From a virus (Duplodnaviria; Caudoviricetes), in the IMG/VR virus record IMGVR_UViG_3300032247_000928, positions 15,904 through 79,903 of that record: a stretch of DNA of 64,000 bases; one strand, written 5' to 3'. Positions 29,308 through 40,988 of this stretch are shown one piece after another. The position numbers and the translations under genes are program-made. Below the pieces are notes generated by a model that did not search any database, had not been told where the DNA came from, and saw nothing but the letters and a program-made list of their open reading frames with translations. The stretch's first letter is position 1. Each line of letters begins with the position of its first letter.

Positions 29308-30666
29308 TTAGTTATATAGGTCGGAGAATTTGAGGAAACGTCCGCCCCATAGGGATTTTTGAAGTGGACTTTCATCCAATTCCTGCACGATCTCGCCTAG
29401 ATCGCCAGACTTGCGGAAAGCGGTGTCCTTTTCTACGGAATCAACTCTCTTTCCAATTTCATTAAAAGTACCCTTGATCTGATTTACATCAGTTGTTGTG
29501 GCATCAAGAGACTTCTTCATATTTGCAACTTCATCACCAAGTGATTTAATTGTTGCTGTTAGATCGCTAAAGGCATTAGTAACAGAATCTTTAAGTTCTG
29601 TAATTACATCAGTAATTACATCATCTGACTTAGGAGCCATTGGCTTCTTCTTGTCTTCTGCTTCTTCATCTGCTGGTGTTTCAGCTGCAGCATCAGCAGC
29701 AGATTCTTCTTCATCAGCTATTGGCTTTGCAGCCTTTTCTGTTGAATCTTCTTCTGTTGCATCAGACTTCATATCGCACTTGCACTTATCCATGGGATTG
29801 TTGCAATCTGGACACATTGCTGCATCTGCCTTTGGAGCGACCTCTGCTGATACTGCTTCTGTCTTTGCAACGGGTGCATCAACTACTGCTGTTGTATCTT
29901 CTGACATAGGGTTTACCTCCTTGTTAATCTTAGAAGTATTAATGCCTTTAGCACTATCAACTAAGAATTTTATCATGTTTGCTTTTTCTGAATCATTTTT
30001 TTCTACAAAACCAATATTTTTCATTTCGTTACCACTTACTGGGCTAACGTATGTTTCTTCATCAGAGGTTAAAACAATTCCTGTTTCTTCATCATAAAAA
30101 ACATTTTCTACAACTACATCTGCAAGATCACCTTTAATTGTATTTACACCATTAACTTTTTCAACTGACATAATACTTGCAAATTGATTTGCTGGGGAAT
30201 CTACAAGACTCAACTCAACAAGATCGTAATCTTTAATAATTCTAATTGCTTTATCAAGTTCTTCATTATATGCATCATCCCATTTGTTCATTCTACCGCC
30301 AATAGAAAAACCAGTGTATGTTCCGTCAAGAACTTTTTCCCAAGCATCTGCTGCTCCCTTAGAAATGTATGTAGAAACATAGATACCTTTATAAAACTTT
30401 TTTGATTCTGGATCAAAATATTTTTCTTCTTTAAATGAAATCATTTTGCCTACTGCAGAGGGTTGATGCATTTCTCTAATATTTCCACGGAACTTTGCAA
30501 AAGCACTCATTGATGCTTCAGTGGTAACAATGTCATATTGCTTATCAACATTATCAACAGATGCAAAACCAGAGACAATTCTCTTCTCAATATCTACTTT
30601 GCCAAAGGGCATTGATAAGCGAACATTGTCGCCGTCAGTGGTCCAAAAAGCTTTATTTATGTTCAT
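29308..30666 (-). CDS. prohead protease with acidic scaffold-like C-terminus
   Basis: IVSGFASVDNVDKQYD, IREMH, GFSIGG and ELSLVDSPAN (HK97 protease motifs); acidic/coiled C-half. Confidence 0.9.
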   Translation of the reverse strand: MNINKAFWTTDGDNVRLSMPFGKVDIEKRIVSGFASVDNVDKQYDIVTTEASMSAFAKFRGNIREMHQPSAVGKMISFKEEKYFDPESKKFYKGIYVSTYISKGAADAWEKVLDGTYTGFSIGGRMNKWDDAYNEELDKAIRIIKDYDLVELSLVDSPANQFASIMSVEKVNGVNTIKGDLADVVVENVFYDEETGIVLTSDEETYVSPVSGNEMKNIGFVEKNDSEKANMIKFLVDSAKGINTSKINKEVNPMSEDTTAVVDAPVAKTEAVSAEVAPKADAAMCPDCNNPMDKCKCDMKSDATEEDSTEKAAKPIADEEESAADAAAETPADEEAEDKKKPMAPKSDDVITDVITELKDSVTNAFSDLTATIKSLGDEVANMKKSLDATTTDVNQIKGTFNEIGKRVDSVEKDTAFRKSGDLGEIVQELDESPLQKSLWGGRFLKFSDLYN

Positions 30667-30707
30667 ATCGTATTCCATTATACCAAATGTTTATGTAGGT
30701 TTCTCAA

Positions 30708-32342
30708 CTATTGAGACGCTCTACCTTCACCCTTCGGATTACGTCCAGATACTGTTGCAGAACCATCTGATTGATTATTTGTTCTCTCTGCATCTCTAGA
30801 ACGATTTCCATTTGCTCTTGAATCTGCAGACTGTCTTGGGCTTAATTCAAGCGGTGTATCGCCATGATCTGCTTGAGGAAGATCTAAAATTTCACGGGCT
30901 TCATTAGGAAGCATAATCTGATTCTTAACATAACGCTCAAGAATCTGGGACTGTGCAATTTCATCTGTAAGAGTAAGTTCATTAAACTTGAACTGAAGAA
31001 TATCTGTTCTTTCCTTGATAAGCTTGCTAATTACCTTTTCAAGGTGCTGTTGTTCTGGACGAGATACCTGCTCTTTAAAAGTACGGTCTTGTGCTAAGGC
31101 TGCTGCAATTGCTCCTGAATCTGAACCGCCAAGTTTAGAAATTGGAACCTGATGAGCAATTAAAATATCATCACGGTTCTGCTTACGATACTCTTTAAAT
31201 GATCCATCTTGAATACCGTTTTCAATTGGCTTCATATCAAACTCAACCTTAGAGTGATCATTGTCGCCAGGAAGTGGGATATATAGAGTTCTGTGTGACT
31301 GAGACTTTAGTCCTGTTTGCAAGAATCTAAACATCTTATCTTCGGCATCAGCAGATAACTTAGCACCCTTAAGAGTAATTACATATCTTGGTACCGCTTT
31401 GTTTTCAAAATAATCAATGTTGTATTGTGAAGCAAGTTGATCACCAATAAGTGATGGCAGCGCTGCAATAATATCTGGAACACCATAATATGTATTTAGT
31501 GGTGAATAATCTTTGAAATGAATAATTTCATTTGGACGTGGATCTGCTGTTAATGGATTTTGATTTGTGGCACCAAAGTTGCGGAAGTAAACAACCTTTG
31601 GTCCAATAATTTGAACGTGCCCATCACGAATACGGCGCACTCTCATTGTTGTAGATGGAATATGACCAACATATCCAATCTCACCACTTACTGTTCTGCC
31701 AACTTCCATATAGCCATTTCCAGTTGCCTGAAGGTCTGTATAAATTTTTTCCATTGTTCTTGTAAAACTATCATCATCGTTAAGTGACTCAAGCCAATCA
31801 CGAAGTTCTAATTTTGCTCTTTCAATTCTCTTACGTGCACGATCTGTTGCACCTTGGTCTGCGTTATTTTCAAGGCTCATCATTGTACGGTCTGTTACAT
31901 CAAAACGGTAGCCAAGACCAACAACATTTTCTACCTTTGCATCAATTGCAGCATGGTTAGCAAAAGACGTATCATAAAAATTAGCAAGCTCATACATATT
32001 GTATGGTGGTGTAATTACATCAAAAAGACCGTATCCATTTCGGTATACCAAACCAGGGTTAATTGCCTTTGATCCAGAATCTTTTAAACCTTTTGGATCT
32101 GCATTTGCTGAGTCAAGATAAGGAATACTAAGAAGATCAATATTTGCATTAGTAGCAAGATAACCTTCTTGTGTCATTGCTTTATTTACTTGTCTAGTAA
32201 TACGACGTTTAACATTTTCTTCAAGTCCCGCTAAAGATTTTAGTTCATCCCATGTTTTGTTAAATGGATCACTATTTTTAAACTGATTTTCTGGTTTTTC
32301 TGTAGTGCCAAGTCTGGCTTCTAGATAATCACTATTACTCAT
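30708..32342 (-). CDS. portal protein
   Basis: DLQATGNGYMEVGR, NEIIHFKDYSPLNTYYGVP, YFENKAVP and IMLPNEAREILDLP (HK97/PBSX portal motifs); start moved to MSNSD. Confidence 0.92.
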   Translation of the reverse strand: MSNSDYLEARLGTTEKPENQFKNSDPFNKTWDELKSLAGLEENVKRRITRQVNKAMTQEGYLATNANIDLLSIPYLDSANADPKGLKDSGSKAINPGLVYRNGYGLFDVITPPYNMYELANFYDTSFANHAAIDAKVENVVGLGYRFDVTDRTMMSLENNADQGATDRARKRIERAKLELRDWLESLNDDDSFTRTMEKIYTDLQATGNGYMEVGRTVSGEIGYVGHIPSTTMRVRRIRDGHVQIIGPKVVYFRNFGATNQNPLTADPRPNEIIHFKDYSPLNTYYGVPDIIAALPSLIGDQLASQYNIDYFENKAVPRYVITLKGAKLSADAEDKMFRFLQTGLKSQSHRTLYIPLPGDNDHSKVEFDMKPIENGIQDGSFKEYRKQNRDDILIAHQVPISKLGGSDSGAIAAALAQDRTFKEQVSRPEQQHLEKVISKLIKERTDILQFKFNELTLTDEIAQSQILERYVKNQIMLPNEAREILDLPQADHGDTPLELSPRQSADSRANGNRSRDAERTNNQSDGSATVSGRNPKGEGRASQ

Positions 32343-32730
32343 TAAATGCATCCTTGCCTGATTTATTAAGAGTCTGTTGTGCTGCATGCCAAGCACCAAG
32401 GTCATTCATTGAAGGAATAAGTCCAGACTTCATGCGATCTAATTGTTCTGAATGTTCCTCTTCGGTAATACGAGTAAGGCCAGGAACAAAGACTGCTTCG
32501 CCATCACCTTCGTCACCATAATATTTGGCTGCTGATTTAAGTTCTGCAATTTTAGTTAAATCATTACGCATAGACTCAATATTTAGTACATTACCTTGTC
32601 CATCAGTAAACCATTTACCATTTGATTTTTTGTATACATATAGACCCCAGTTATATTTCTTTTCAATAACTTGTCTACGTACATTTTTGACAATTGGTTC
32701 GCCAGTTTCGGGGTTGATTAATGAATCCAT
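32335..32730 (-). CDS. conserved hypothetical protein
   Basis: 131 aa; leaderless start 7 nt after TGGTATACT. Confidence 0.75.
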   Translation of the reverse strand: MDSLINPETGEPIVKNVRRQVIEKKYNWGLYVYKKSNGKWFTDGQGNVLNIESMRNDLTKIAELKSAAKYYGDEGDGEAVFVPGLTRITEEEHSEQLDRMKSGLIPSMNDLGAWHAAQQTLNKSGKDAFNE

Positions 32731-32782
32731 AACCATCAGTATACCATATTCCTATTGTATAAGTAGTTTAATGACCAATATT

Positions 32783-34816
32783 TTAATAGAACTTGATTTC
32801 ACATGCATCGGTAGAACAATATGCTTCACCTTCTGCTTCAAGATTTTCTACGCCATCGTAGATAGCAGACCAGTCAATTTTACCAATCTTGCCTACATAG
32901 GCGTTGTATTCTTCTCTTGTAATTTCTGAATATGGCTGCTGAGGGTAAACTTTATCTCCCATTGGAAGGAAAGATACAGCCTTTAGCTGTCCCTCATACA
33001 TATTAAGGGCTGGTGCTACAAACTTCTTTTCAGTTTCCTTGTCAAATGAAAGTGTTACGGAAACACCATTATCTGACCAGTATTTCTGAGCAGTTGCTGC
33101 CAAACCAATTTTTTCAAATAGGCTGACCTGCTTTTCTGCACGTTTGTGTCCAGATGCTACTGGGAAATATACTACTTGAGTATTTGCTGATACTAGATCT
33201 GGTTCAACTTTATATCCCGCTGCTTTAAACAAATGAAGCATTGGATCAGTATCACCAAAACGAATAGCACGAAGATAAAATTCTCCACCAGGTCCCCAGT
33301 GAACTCCAGGAGTTGCACCAGAAAGAAGTGAAACAGATCCTGATGGTTTAATGGTTGTTACACGAACTGATTCACGAACGCATAGCCACTCTGAATACTT
33401 GTGATCGTAGTAGCGAATCTTGTGATAGCCTTCATCCATCCATTCACGGGTAGTTGGCAAACCATTTTCATCGGCAAATGAAGCAATACCTGTAAGAGAT
33501 GTACCAATACGGCGATTGCGTTGCATAATACCATTTGTAGTTGGCCAATGTGTTGGCATAAGTGTAACGGTCTTGCCGTACAAGTATGCAAACTTAAGAG
33601 TCTTTAAAAAATCTTCTTTTGAATCATGTCGGTTAAGGTGAACTTCTACAAGTGTGCAAAGTTCATAAGATTCAAGTGGTTGCTCTGCACATGGATTGAA
33701 TCCCATAATACGAGCATCTTTATAATCTGGTGCATCTGCAAGACGACCATAATCACGAGCAACATCAAGCCAAATAAAACCTGGCTCTCCATTGTCTGCG
33801 ATCAAGTCAACATAGTCTTCATATTTTGTTCCAACTTCAGCAGCAATAGAATTATTACTCATCCAAGCCCAACCTGGTTTTGCTGGATCATATGAGTTTC
33901 TTTCTGGAAATACTTCTGGGTTCTTGAGATTAATAAAACCATCATCTTTTGCAGTACCTAATGCAAGAGTTGCAGAACGGCGAACATTGCCAGAAACAAC
34001 GCATGTGCCAATAAGGTTTACAATATCTACAATTGCACGGCTATCAAGTGCTTCTCCTGCTCTAGAACCAACTACATTGCGAATGCGTGTATGGAGATCA
34101 ATCAAAGGTGCTGGACCGCTGGCTACCCCGCCAAAGCCCTTAATGGGGGCTCCTAGAGGACGGATAAGGTCATAGTTAAACTCCTGAGTAGGCTGGTTCT
34201 GGCGTAAAAATGAGTTGATCAGAAGGCGTACAGACTCTACCCAACCTTCACGAGTATCTGGAATTTCATAAATAAATGCTGGCTCTGTAGGTGCATAAAT
34301 AGACATTTGCTTATCTTGTCCAAGGGTATCAAATCCAACTCCAATACCCAACATTAATGCATCCATTACCCAAGCAAATAATGCACCAGGATCATTACGA
34401 TCAATGTCACGAGTAGAGACCATTGCACAATTTTGAAGGGATGCTGAGTTGCGCTTTTCCATAGTCATAGGTGTACCAAATGCCCAAAGACCACGACCTG
34501 GGGGTGTCCACTTTAATTCAAACATTCTTTGAAAAGCTTCTTGTGCAGACTTCTGTGCCTTGTTATCATTCCAGGGTAGACGGTTATCTTTAGCGTGGTT
34601 TTTTTGAACTGAATACATACCCTCAATTACACGACGACAAACTTCATGCCAGCGTTCCTTTGTACCGTCTTCTTTAACACGAGAATATGTACGAATAAAT
34701 GTTACTTCTCCCAACGAGTTAGACCCTGCATCTGAGAATCCAAATGGTGCTGGAATAGTTTGATATTTAGTTACAAATTCATCTGAAAGACGAAAAGAGA
34801 ATACGGTTTCTGGCAT
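32783..34816 (-). CDS. nrdJ: class II (B12-dependent, monomeric RTPR-type) ribonucleotide reductase
   Basis: FIRTYSR, TPPGRGLW, LQNCAMV, NVRRSA, GFNPCAEQPLESYELCTLVE, TTIKPSGSVSLL, C-terminal CSTDAC. Confidence 0.95.
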   Translation of the reverse strand: MPETVFSFRLSDEFVTKYQTIPAPFGFSDAGSNSLGEVTFIRTYSRVKEDGTKERWHEVCRRVIEGMYSVQKNHAKDNRLPWNDNKAQKSAQEAFQRMFELKWTPPGRGLWAFGTPMTMEKRNSASLQNCAMVSTRDIDRNDPGALFAWVMDALMLGIGVGFDTLGQDKQMSIYAPTEPAFIYEIPDTREGWVESVRLLINSFLRQNQPTQEFNYDLIRPLGAPIKGFGGVASGPAPLIDLHTRIRNVVGSRAGEALDSRAIVDIVNLIGTCVVSGNVRRSATLALGTAKDDGFINLKNPEVFPERNSYDPAKPGWAWMSNNSIAAEVGTKYEDYVDLIADNGEPGFIWLDVARDYGRLADAPDYKDARIMGFNPCAEQPLESYELCTLVEVHLNRHDSKEDFLKTLKFAYLYGKTVTLMPTHWPTTNGIMQRNRRIGTSLTGIASFADENGLPTTREWMDEGYHKIRYYDHKYSEWLCVRESVRVTTIKPSGSVSLLSGATPGVHWGPGGEFYLRAIRFGDTDPMLHLFKAAGYKVEPDLVSANTQVVYFPVASGHKRAEKQVSLFEKIGLAATAQKYWSDNGVSVTLSFDKETEKKFVAPALNMYEGQLKAVSFLPMGDKVYPQQPYSEITREEYNAYVGKIGKIDWSAIYDGVENLEAEGEAYCSTDACEIKFY

Positions 34817-34901
34817 TTATTTACCTTTCATAGCAAAAATAAGTTAAGTACTTCAGTAATTCGGAAGTAGTCCCTAAGTATAACACAGTTTAAAAAGAAA
34901 A

Positions 34902-34922
34902 ACACGCTCAACAAGAGCGTGT
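34902..34922 (-). terminator. intrinsic terminator after the 805-aa fibre gene
   Basis: ACACGCTC-AACAA-GAGCGTGT hairpin followed by TTTTCTTTTT on the minus strand. Confidence 0.75.
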
Positions 34923-34964
34923 AAATCTTTACTTTATAGTTAGTGCATTAATTTTTATTAAGTA

Positions 34965-37382
34965 CTATGCACCGATCAACATAAGTTCGCTGAATGCTGC
35001 TCCACCTGCTGGTGTAATCCACTGAACTCCAGAACCTGTTGAAGAAAGTACCTGTCCTGATGTTCCTGTTGCTGAACCTGCTGTAAGTGTACCCGTAAGT
35101 GTAGCATTTGAAAGTGTAAGTCCTGCAATTGTTGTTACAGTTGCGCCAGATGCAATTGATGTTGAACCAAGTGTAGGTGCTGAGTATGAAGATACTGTTC
35201 CCCATGATACGTTAGTTCCATCAGATGTTAAGTACTTTCCACTTGCTGAAGTCTGTGAAGGAAGAACTGCATTTGCTGCACCTGCCTGTGTTGTTGCTCC
35301 AGTACCACCCTTATTGAGGGCAATTGCTGTACCAGACCATGTACCAGTTGCAATAGTTCCAAGTGTTGTAATATTTGTAGAACCAGCCCATGTTGAAACT
35401 GCTGTATTTTCTACGTTTCCAAGTCCAATAGATGTTCTGTGTGTAGATGCTGATTCAGCACTTACAGTATTATCTGCATTGTACTTAGGGAAAGTAATTG
35501 CTGATGGATTAGTTTGTGTAAATATATTTGCACCAAGAGTTGTAGCACCAAGATTTGTTCTTGCAGTTGCTGCATCAGTTGCACCTGTACCACCATTTGC
35601 AATTGGGAGAGTTCCAGTTACACCAGTAGTTAAAGGCAATCCAGTTGCATTAGTAAGAGTTCCTGAAGCAGGTGTACCAAGTACTGGAGTCACAAGTGTA
35701 GGGGATGTAGCAAATACTAAAGCGCCTGAACCAGTCTCATCAGAGATGATTCCAGCAAGTTCAGATGAAGATGTAGAAGCGTGTACAGATAGTTTATCTG
35801 TTGTTACTACTAGTGTCTTTGATGAAGGAATAGTTGTACCGTTGACAGATGTAGCAGTAGCCACACCAAGTGCTGGTGTTGTCAAGGTTGGAGATGTTAA
35901 TGTTTTATTTGTTAATGTTTCTGTTCCAGCAATTGTTGCAAAATCTGCATCAGTAACCGCTGTATTAAATTGTGCAATTGTTCCTGATACTGTATTTGAG
36001 CCAAGAGCAACTGTTTTATTTGTAAGTGTTTCTGTGGCATCTTTTAGTAATGTTCCATTTGCATAGTATGACTTACCTGAAGCAAGATCTATGTGTTCTG
36101 ATGAAGTCCAAGCAGAAGTTGCATTAACCCAGTTAAATGTTTTATTTGTTGTGCCATTTACAGTAATACCAGCGCCATCAGCAGTAGTATTTGTAGGTGT
36201 TGCTACATCTGCAAGAACAATATTCTTGTCTTCAATAACTAGGTTAGTTGAGTTAAGGTTTGTTGTTGTTCCGTTTACTGTCAAATCCCCAGAAATTGTT
36301 AGGTTAACTGCTGTTGCAGTTCCTGTTAACGCTGGTGATGCAAGTGGAGCCTTATCAGCAAGGGCTGTAGTAAGACCTGAAATCTTAGACTGAGCAATTG
36401 CTGCTGCAGAATTAATGTCTGCATCTACGATTGTGTCATTTGCAATCTTTGCTGATGTAATTGCACTATCAGCAATGTCTCCTGTGGCAATTGTTCCATC
36501 TAGAATTTTTGCAGTTGTGATAGCACCGTCAGCAATATCTCCAGCAACAATAGTACCGTCAGCAATCTTAGCAGAAGTAATTGCTGAATCAGCAATATCT
36601 GCTGTAGCGATTGTTCCATCAACAATGTCTGATGATGTAATAGACCCTGTAAGGTTTAACTTACTGTAAGCAATTGCTGCTGATGCATTAATATCAGCGT
36701 TAACAATAGTACCGTCAGCAATCTTAGCAGAAGTAATTGCTGAATCAGCAATATCTGCTGTAGCGATTGTTCCATCTAGAATCATTGTAGATGTAACAGT
36801 TCCTGATGGTAGTGTTACAGTACCTGTAAATGTTGGGGAAGCAAGAGGAGCCTTATTATTAATCTGTGTTTGAATTGCAGAAGTAACACCATCAAGGTAA
36901 CCAATTTCAGTATCTGAAACACCAGTTACACGAGCCTGAATTGCTGTTGTATCTACTGCTAAAGTTAATGTATTTGCTGCATCGTTATAATTTTTTGTTA
37001 TACCTGTACCCGCAGTTAAAGCTGCATCAATTGCATCTTGTGAAAGTTCTGCAATGTCAGATGTTAGGGCTACTGTACCTGATGCATCTGGAAGTGTAAT
37101 TGTGCGATCCGCTGTAGGATCTGTTACCTGAAGAGTAGTCTCGTATGAGTCTTCTGTTGCACCCTCAAAAGTAATGCTTGAACCAAATGATGGGTTTACT
37201 GTTGAGTTAGAGTCAACGAAGTAATCAAGGTCAATCCAGTGATTTGTACCATCACCAATTTTAAATTTATTTGTGTCAGTTTCATAACCGATTTCACCTG
37301 CGTTGAGGATTGGGCCATTGCCAGAATTTGTTGAAATCCATTGAGCAGCAGTACCTCTGCGCTGTTGCATTCTTGTTGCCAT
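34965..37382 (-). CDS. fibre-like virion protein with major-tropism-determinant-type N-terminal domain
   Basis: [15 protein letters not shown]...[18 protein letters not shown]-terminus; [16 protein letters not shown] repeats; [11 protein letters not shown] repeats. Confidence 0.75.
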   Translation of the reverse strand: MATRMQQRRGTAAQWISTNSGNGPILNAGEIGYETDTNKFKIGDGTNHWIDLDYFVDSNSTVNPSFGSSITFEGATEDSYETTLQVTDPTADRTITLPDASGTVALTSDIAELSQDAIDAALTAGTGITKNYNDAANTLTLAVDTTAIQARVTGVSDTEIGYLDGVTSAIQTQINNKAPLASPTFTGTVTLPSGTVTSTMILDGTIATADIADSAITSAKIADGTIVNADINASAAIAYSKLNLTGSITSSDIVDGTIATADIADSAITSAKIADGTIVAGDIADGAITTAKILDGTIATGDIADSAITSAKIANDTIVDADINSAAAIAQSKISGLTTALADKAPLASPALTGTATAVNLTISGDLTVNGTTTNLNSTNLVIEDKNIVLADVATPTNTTADGAGITVNGTTNKTFNWVNATSAWTSSEHIDLASGKSYYANGTLLKDATETLTNKTVALGSNTVSGTIAQFNTAVTDADFATIAGTETLTNKTLTSPTLTTPALGVATATSVNGTTIPSSKTLVVTTDKLSVHASTSSSELAGIISDETGSGALVFATSPTLVTPVLGTPASGTLTNATGLPLTTGVTGTLPIANGGTGATDAATARTNLGATTLGANIFTQTNPSAITFPKYNADNTVSAESASTHRTSIGLGNVENTAVSTWAGSTNITTLGTIATGTWSGTAIALNKGGTGATTQAGAANAVLPSQTSASGKYLTSDGTNVSWGTVSSYSAPTLGSTSIASGATVTTIAGLTLSNATLTGTLTAGSATGTSGQVLSSTGSGVQWITPAGGAAFSELMLIGA
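36546..36776. repeat. exact 75-bp direct repeat inside the fibre gene (36546-36620 and 36702-36776)
   Basis: AACAATAGTACCGTCAGCAATCTTAGCAGAAG...GATTGTTCCATC is identical in both copies. Confidence 0.9.
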
Positions 37383-37428
37383 TTATAGTCTCCTCTTTCG
37401 TGGTGTCTTATAGTATTATATCAGATTA

Positions 37429-37914
37429 TTAACTGAAGTTATCTAATGGGCTTCCGCCATCGTAACTGTTATTCCAATATGTTGAATCATAAAATGCTGC
37501 AATTTCTGTTGATGTAAAGATTGAGTCGTAATAACCAGCATCTTGGAATATTGAAACAATAAGTCCTGTTCCATCAATTGCAGTATCGTGGATGTGCTGT
37601 CTAAGATCAGCGGTATCAGTAAATGTTGCAATCATAATCCAATCAGCAGCATCAGTAGAATAAATAGATAGATGGCGTGATACTGTATCAAACCATAACT
37701 GTCCATCTACTGGACTTACTGGTGCAGATGACTCAGTAGGGACAATTGGAGTTCTTGCCCCTACCAAGTTATCTACATAAAGTTTTGTTGTTGCATGTGA
37801 ATTGTCAGTAGGAGTGGCAACTGTGACAGTTCCACCAAAAGTACCGCCATTGGCTACATCTAGCCCATGCTTTACTTTGAAGTCTCTATTGGTTGTTGTT
37901 GATGGTACTGTCAC
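37429..37914 (-). CDS. virion structural protein (fibre-associated)
   Basis: DFKVKHGL N-terminus shared with the next gene; APVSPVDGQLWFDT collar motif. Confidence 0.55.
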   Translation of the reverse strand: MTVPSTTTNRDFKVKHGLDVANGGTFGGTVTVATPTDNSHATTKLYVDNLVGARTPIVPTESSAPVSPVDGQLWFDTVSRHLSIYSTDAADWIMIATFTDTADLRQHIHDTAIDGTGLIVSIFQDAGYYDSIFTSTEIAAFYDSTYWNNSYDGGSPLDNFS

Positions 37915-37933
37915 AGTTGGTTCCTCTTTTCAA

Positions 37934-40282
37934 TTATGCCTTGATGTAGGTCTTGCTTACCTTAACAGTAGTATTTGCTGCTGCTGCAGTAACTTGCATA
38001 AGAACATTGCCTGCTGAATATACAGCATCTGTTATTCCAAGTTGGCCATTGCTTTGTACATCAGCATACTCTGTTACATAAACATTGTTTGATGCATCTA
38101 CGCCAACTAACATTTCAATTACTTCAATGTCTCCACCAGTATTCTTCATTTGTACTACATACTTAGCAGCAGTATATGTTGTTGCTGAGAATGTGTCAAT
38201 TGTAGTTGCTGAAGTTCCTGCAACTGCTGTTGCAGAACCTGTAAGAGTATCAGCAAAACCTACTGATGTTGCTAATGCTGCACCAAGAGTTGGTGTAACA
38301 AGAGTTGGGCTATTTGAAAATACTAGTGTGCTTGTTCCTGTTTCATCAGTTAAAGCTGCTGCAAGGTTTGCAGAAGATGGTGTTGCAAGGAATGTTGCTA
38401 CACCAGATCCAAGACCAGAGATACCAGAAGATACTGGCAAACCAGTTGCATTTGTAAGTGTTGCAGAAGAAGGTGTTCCAAGTGCTCCACCATTTGTAAC
38501 AAATGCTCCTGCTGAACCAACATTTACTCCAAGTGCTGTAGAAACTCCTGTACCCAAGCCTGAAATACCAGTTGATACTGGAAGTCCAGTTGCATTTGTA
38601 AGAACACCAGATGCTGGAGTTCCAAGCGCTGGTGTAGTTAATACTGGGCTAGTAAGTGTCTTGTTTGTAAGTGTTTGTGCTGTTGAAAGATCTACAGTTA
38701 CTGATGTATCAATTGAAAGTGTATTTCCTGACTTTGAAATACCAGTTCCTGCTGTAACTTGACCTAAGCCAGTAAACTGTGTGAAAGTAAGAGCTGTGGT
38801 TCCAATTGTAATTGCACCATTATTTGTTAATGTCCAACCAGAATCTGCGTTTACAGTTCCTTCTTCAACAAATACTGCAAGTGAAGGAGTTACTTCTGCT
38901 GCTGCGTCTGCATCTGTTGAACGAGTTGGTGCACCTGTTGCATTAACGGTATAAATACCATTTTCAGCACCTGATGCCTGATTCTTAACAAGAATTCTAT
39001 TTCCAGTTGCAAGTGTTACTCCATCAATTACAGATCCATTAGCAAATGCTGATGAAAGAGTTCCAGAAGTAGTTGTTGCTGCACGTACTGAAGCTTTCCA
39101 GTCAATTCCCTGAGCTGCTGAATCAACATATGCTTTTGTTGATGCATCTGAATCATTTACTGGTGTTGGAACTGTTACAGTTCCTGTAAATGTTGGAGAA
39201 TTAAGTGGAGCTCTTGATGTATCTGTAGCATGTACGTGATCTGCACGAGCAGCTGTTGTTCCTGTACCAATTGCAGCAGTTCCATCCATTGATGGAGTTG
39301 TTGAGCTTAATCCAGTGATGCTGTTAAATGATGTACCTGTTGCAACACCAATATTTGGAGTTACAAATGTTGGGCTGTTAGTAAATGCAACTGTTGAAGT
39401 TCCTGACTCATCTGTAAGTGCTGTTGCTAGATTTGCAGATGTTGGAGTTGCAAGAAATGCTGCTACGCCTGTACCAAGACCAGATACACCAGTTGAAATT
39501 GGAAGACCTGTTGCGTTTGTTAATGTTCCGCTTGAAGGTGTACCTAATGCTCCGCCATTTACAACTACAGCGCCAGCAGAGCCAACGTTTGTTGCAAGAG
39601 CAGTAGCAACGTTAGTTCCAAGTCCTGAAACACCTGTGCTAATTGGCAAACCAGTAGCATTTGTAAGTGTAGCCGAAGATGGTGTTCCAAGTGCTGGTGA
39701 TGTTAATGTAGGTGATGTTAAAGTCTTATTTGTAAGTGTTTGTGTTCCAGAAAGTGTGGCAACTACTGTTGTATCTAATGTAATTGTATTTGCTGGGTCA
39801 TTATATGTAAAACCAGTACCCAATATATTACCAACTGCATCCTGTGCTCTTTCATCTGTAAAGTAAAGGTTTGTACCTTCTGAAAGTGCTGTTGTTGATG
39901 AAGGAATATCTGAAGTAAATGCCACTGTTCCTGAAGCATCTTTAAGTGTAATTGTGCGATCAGCAGTTGGGTCTGTTACTGCAAGAGTTGTCTGATATGA
40001 ATCTGTTGTTGCACCTTCAAATTCAATGCTTGTACCAAAAACACCAACTGCTTGTGGGGCTGCCCACTTAATACCATTGGTTGCACTTGAATCTGCTGTA
40101 AGAATATAATTATTAGTTCCTACTGCTAAACGAGCAACTGCATCGTCTGCACTTCCTACTAGTAAATCACCTTTAGCATCAATTGTGCCTGCAGTGATTA
40201 CATTTTTTCCGTTGACAGTCGCAGTTGTACCTTCAACTACCAGTCCTGCCTTTACTCTAAAATCTTTTGTTACTGTTGCCAT
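37934..40282 (-). CDS. long fibre-like virion protein
   Basis: 782 aa; repeats [22 protein letters not shown]; internal domain [11 protein letters not shown]...ILVKNQ...ENGIY; C-terminal domain paralogous to 40299. Confidence 0.7.
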   Translation of the reverse strand: MATVTKDFRVKAGLVVEGTTATVNGKNVITAGTIDAKGDLLVGSADDAVARLAVGTNNYILTADSSATNGIKWAAPQAVGVFGTSIEFEGATTDSYQTTLAVTDPTADRTITLKDASGTVAFTSDIPSSTTALSEGTNLYFTDERAQDAVGNILGTGFTYNDPANTITLDTTVVATLSGTQTLTNKTLTSPTLTSPALGTPSSATLTNATGLPISTGVSGLGTNVATALATNVGSAGAVVVNGGALGTPSSGTLTNATGLPISTGVSGLGTGVAAFLATPTSANLATALTDESGTSTVAFTNSPTFVTPNIGVATGTSFNSITGLSSTTPSMDGTAAIGTGTTAARADHVHATDTSRAPLNSPTFTGTVTVPTPVNDSDASTKAYVDSAAQGIDWKASVRAATTTSGTLSSAFANGSVIDGVTLATGNRILVKNQASGAENGIYTVNATGAPTRSTDADAAAEVTPSLAVFVEEGTVNADSGWTLTNNGAITIGTTALTFTQFTGLGQVTAGTGISKSGNTLSIDTSVTVDLSTAQTLTNKTLTSPVLTTPALGTPASGVLTNATGLPVSTGISGLGTGVSTALGVNVGSAGAFVTNGGALGTPSSATLTNATGLPVSSGISGLGSGVATFLATPSSANLAAALTDETGTSTLVFSNSPTLVTPTLGAALATSVGFADTLTGSATAVAGTSATTIDTFSATTYTAAKYVVQMKNTGGDIEVIEMLVGVDASNNVYVTEYADVQSNGQLGITDAVYSAGNVLMQVTAAAANTTVKVSKTYIKA

Positions 40283-40298
40283 TTTTATATCTCCTTAG

Positions 40299-40745
40299 TT
40301 AGGCCTTTAGACCAATACGCAAATAGCGCAAGGTTATCGGGGTTTGCCCACCTACAGGAACTACAGTTAGTGAAACTGTATCCCCTGCTCTAGACACGGA
40401 GATGGTGCCAATATTCCCATCATTGTCTACTGTTCCATATTCACTGACGTTTACGTTTGTAGCATCAGGGACTATGGTTAATTCTGTTGCGTAGTACTTA
40501 TTTGCACCACCAGCAGTTTTTTTGATTGAGACCATGTACTTAACTGATCTCCATTCACTGGCAAGGAAGTTATCAAAAATTGTTGAATTTTCAATGCCGT
40601 TGATAGTTACTTCATTATTACCATCAGAACCTAAGTCTGTTGATCTCGCAGAAGTGCTGTCAATCAAATCTTCATAATCTGCTTGACTTGGACGGTCACC
40701 TGTTTGGAAAAGGGACTTGATACTCGTGATTGATAACTTAGCCAT
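40299..40745 (-). CDS. virion structural protein
   Basis: LFQTGDRPSQADY N-terminus; the C-domain (KYMVSIK...TEL....V.VSEYG) resembles the end of the 782-aa ORF; leaderless. Confidence 0.55.
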   Translation of the reverse strand: MAKLSITSIKSLFQTGDRPSQADYEDLIDSTSARSTDLGSDGNNEVTINGIENSTIFDNFLASEWRSVKYMVSIKKTAGGANKYYATELTIVPDATNVNVSEYGTVDNDGNIGTISVSRAGDTVSLTVVPVGGQTPITLRYLRIGLKA

Positions 40746-40766
40746 GTTTGTATTATATCATGCATT

Positions 40767-40988
40767 TTAAAGTATATAGTTAGATAATCCAATAATCTGA
40801 AGTGGAATTGCTGGTATATTGGCAATAGATGTTGGTATCTGTATTGTTGTAAATCTTATTCTAAAAGGTAAAACTGAATTTATCTTTACCCCATGATTTT
40901 GTTGTATGATCTCTGTATTTGGAAAAAAGACTCTTTCAATATTTTTTGTAAAAACTGGGGTATTGTTATTTATAGCAACTGTCGCCAT
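40767..40988 (-). CDS. hypothetical protein
   Basis: 73 aa, coupled. Confidence 0.55.
   Translation of the reverse strand: MATVAINNNTPVFTKNIERVFFPNTEIIQQNHGVKINSVLPFRIRFTTIQIPTSIANIPAIPLQIIGLSNYIL

Noticed and set aside
2180-34816. Inteins or introns in the helicase, portal or RNR
   Set aside because: Lengths are normal, motifs are contiguous, and there are no C/S...HN splice signatures or LAGLIDADG motifs
34965-37382. Diversity-generating retroelement suggested by the MTD-type N-terminus
   Set aside because: No reverse transcriptase and no TR/VR pair with adenine-specific differences in the window; the 75-bp repeat is exact and internal
35314-39866. Long plus-strand ORFs 35314..36066, 38085..38762, 39315..39866 (and 29498..30097)
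   Set aside because: Antisense shadows of Ala/Thr/Gly-rich genes with biased codons; no SD or promoter and no recognisable motifs
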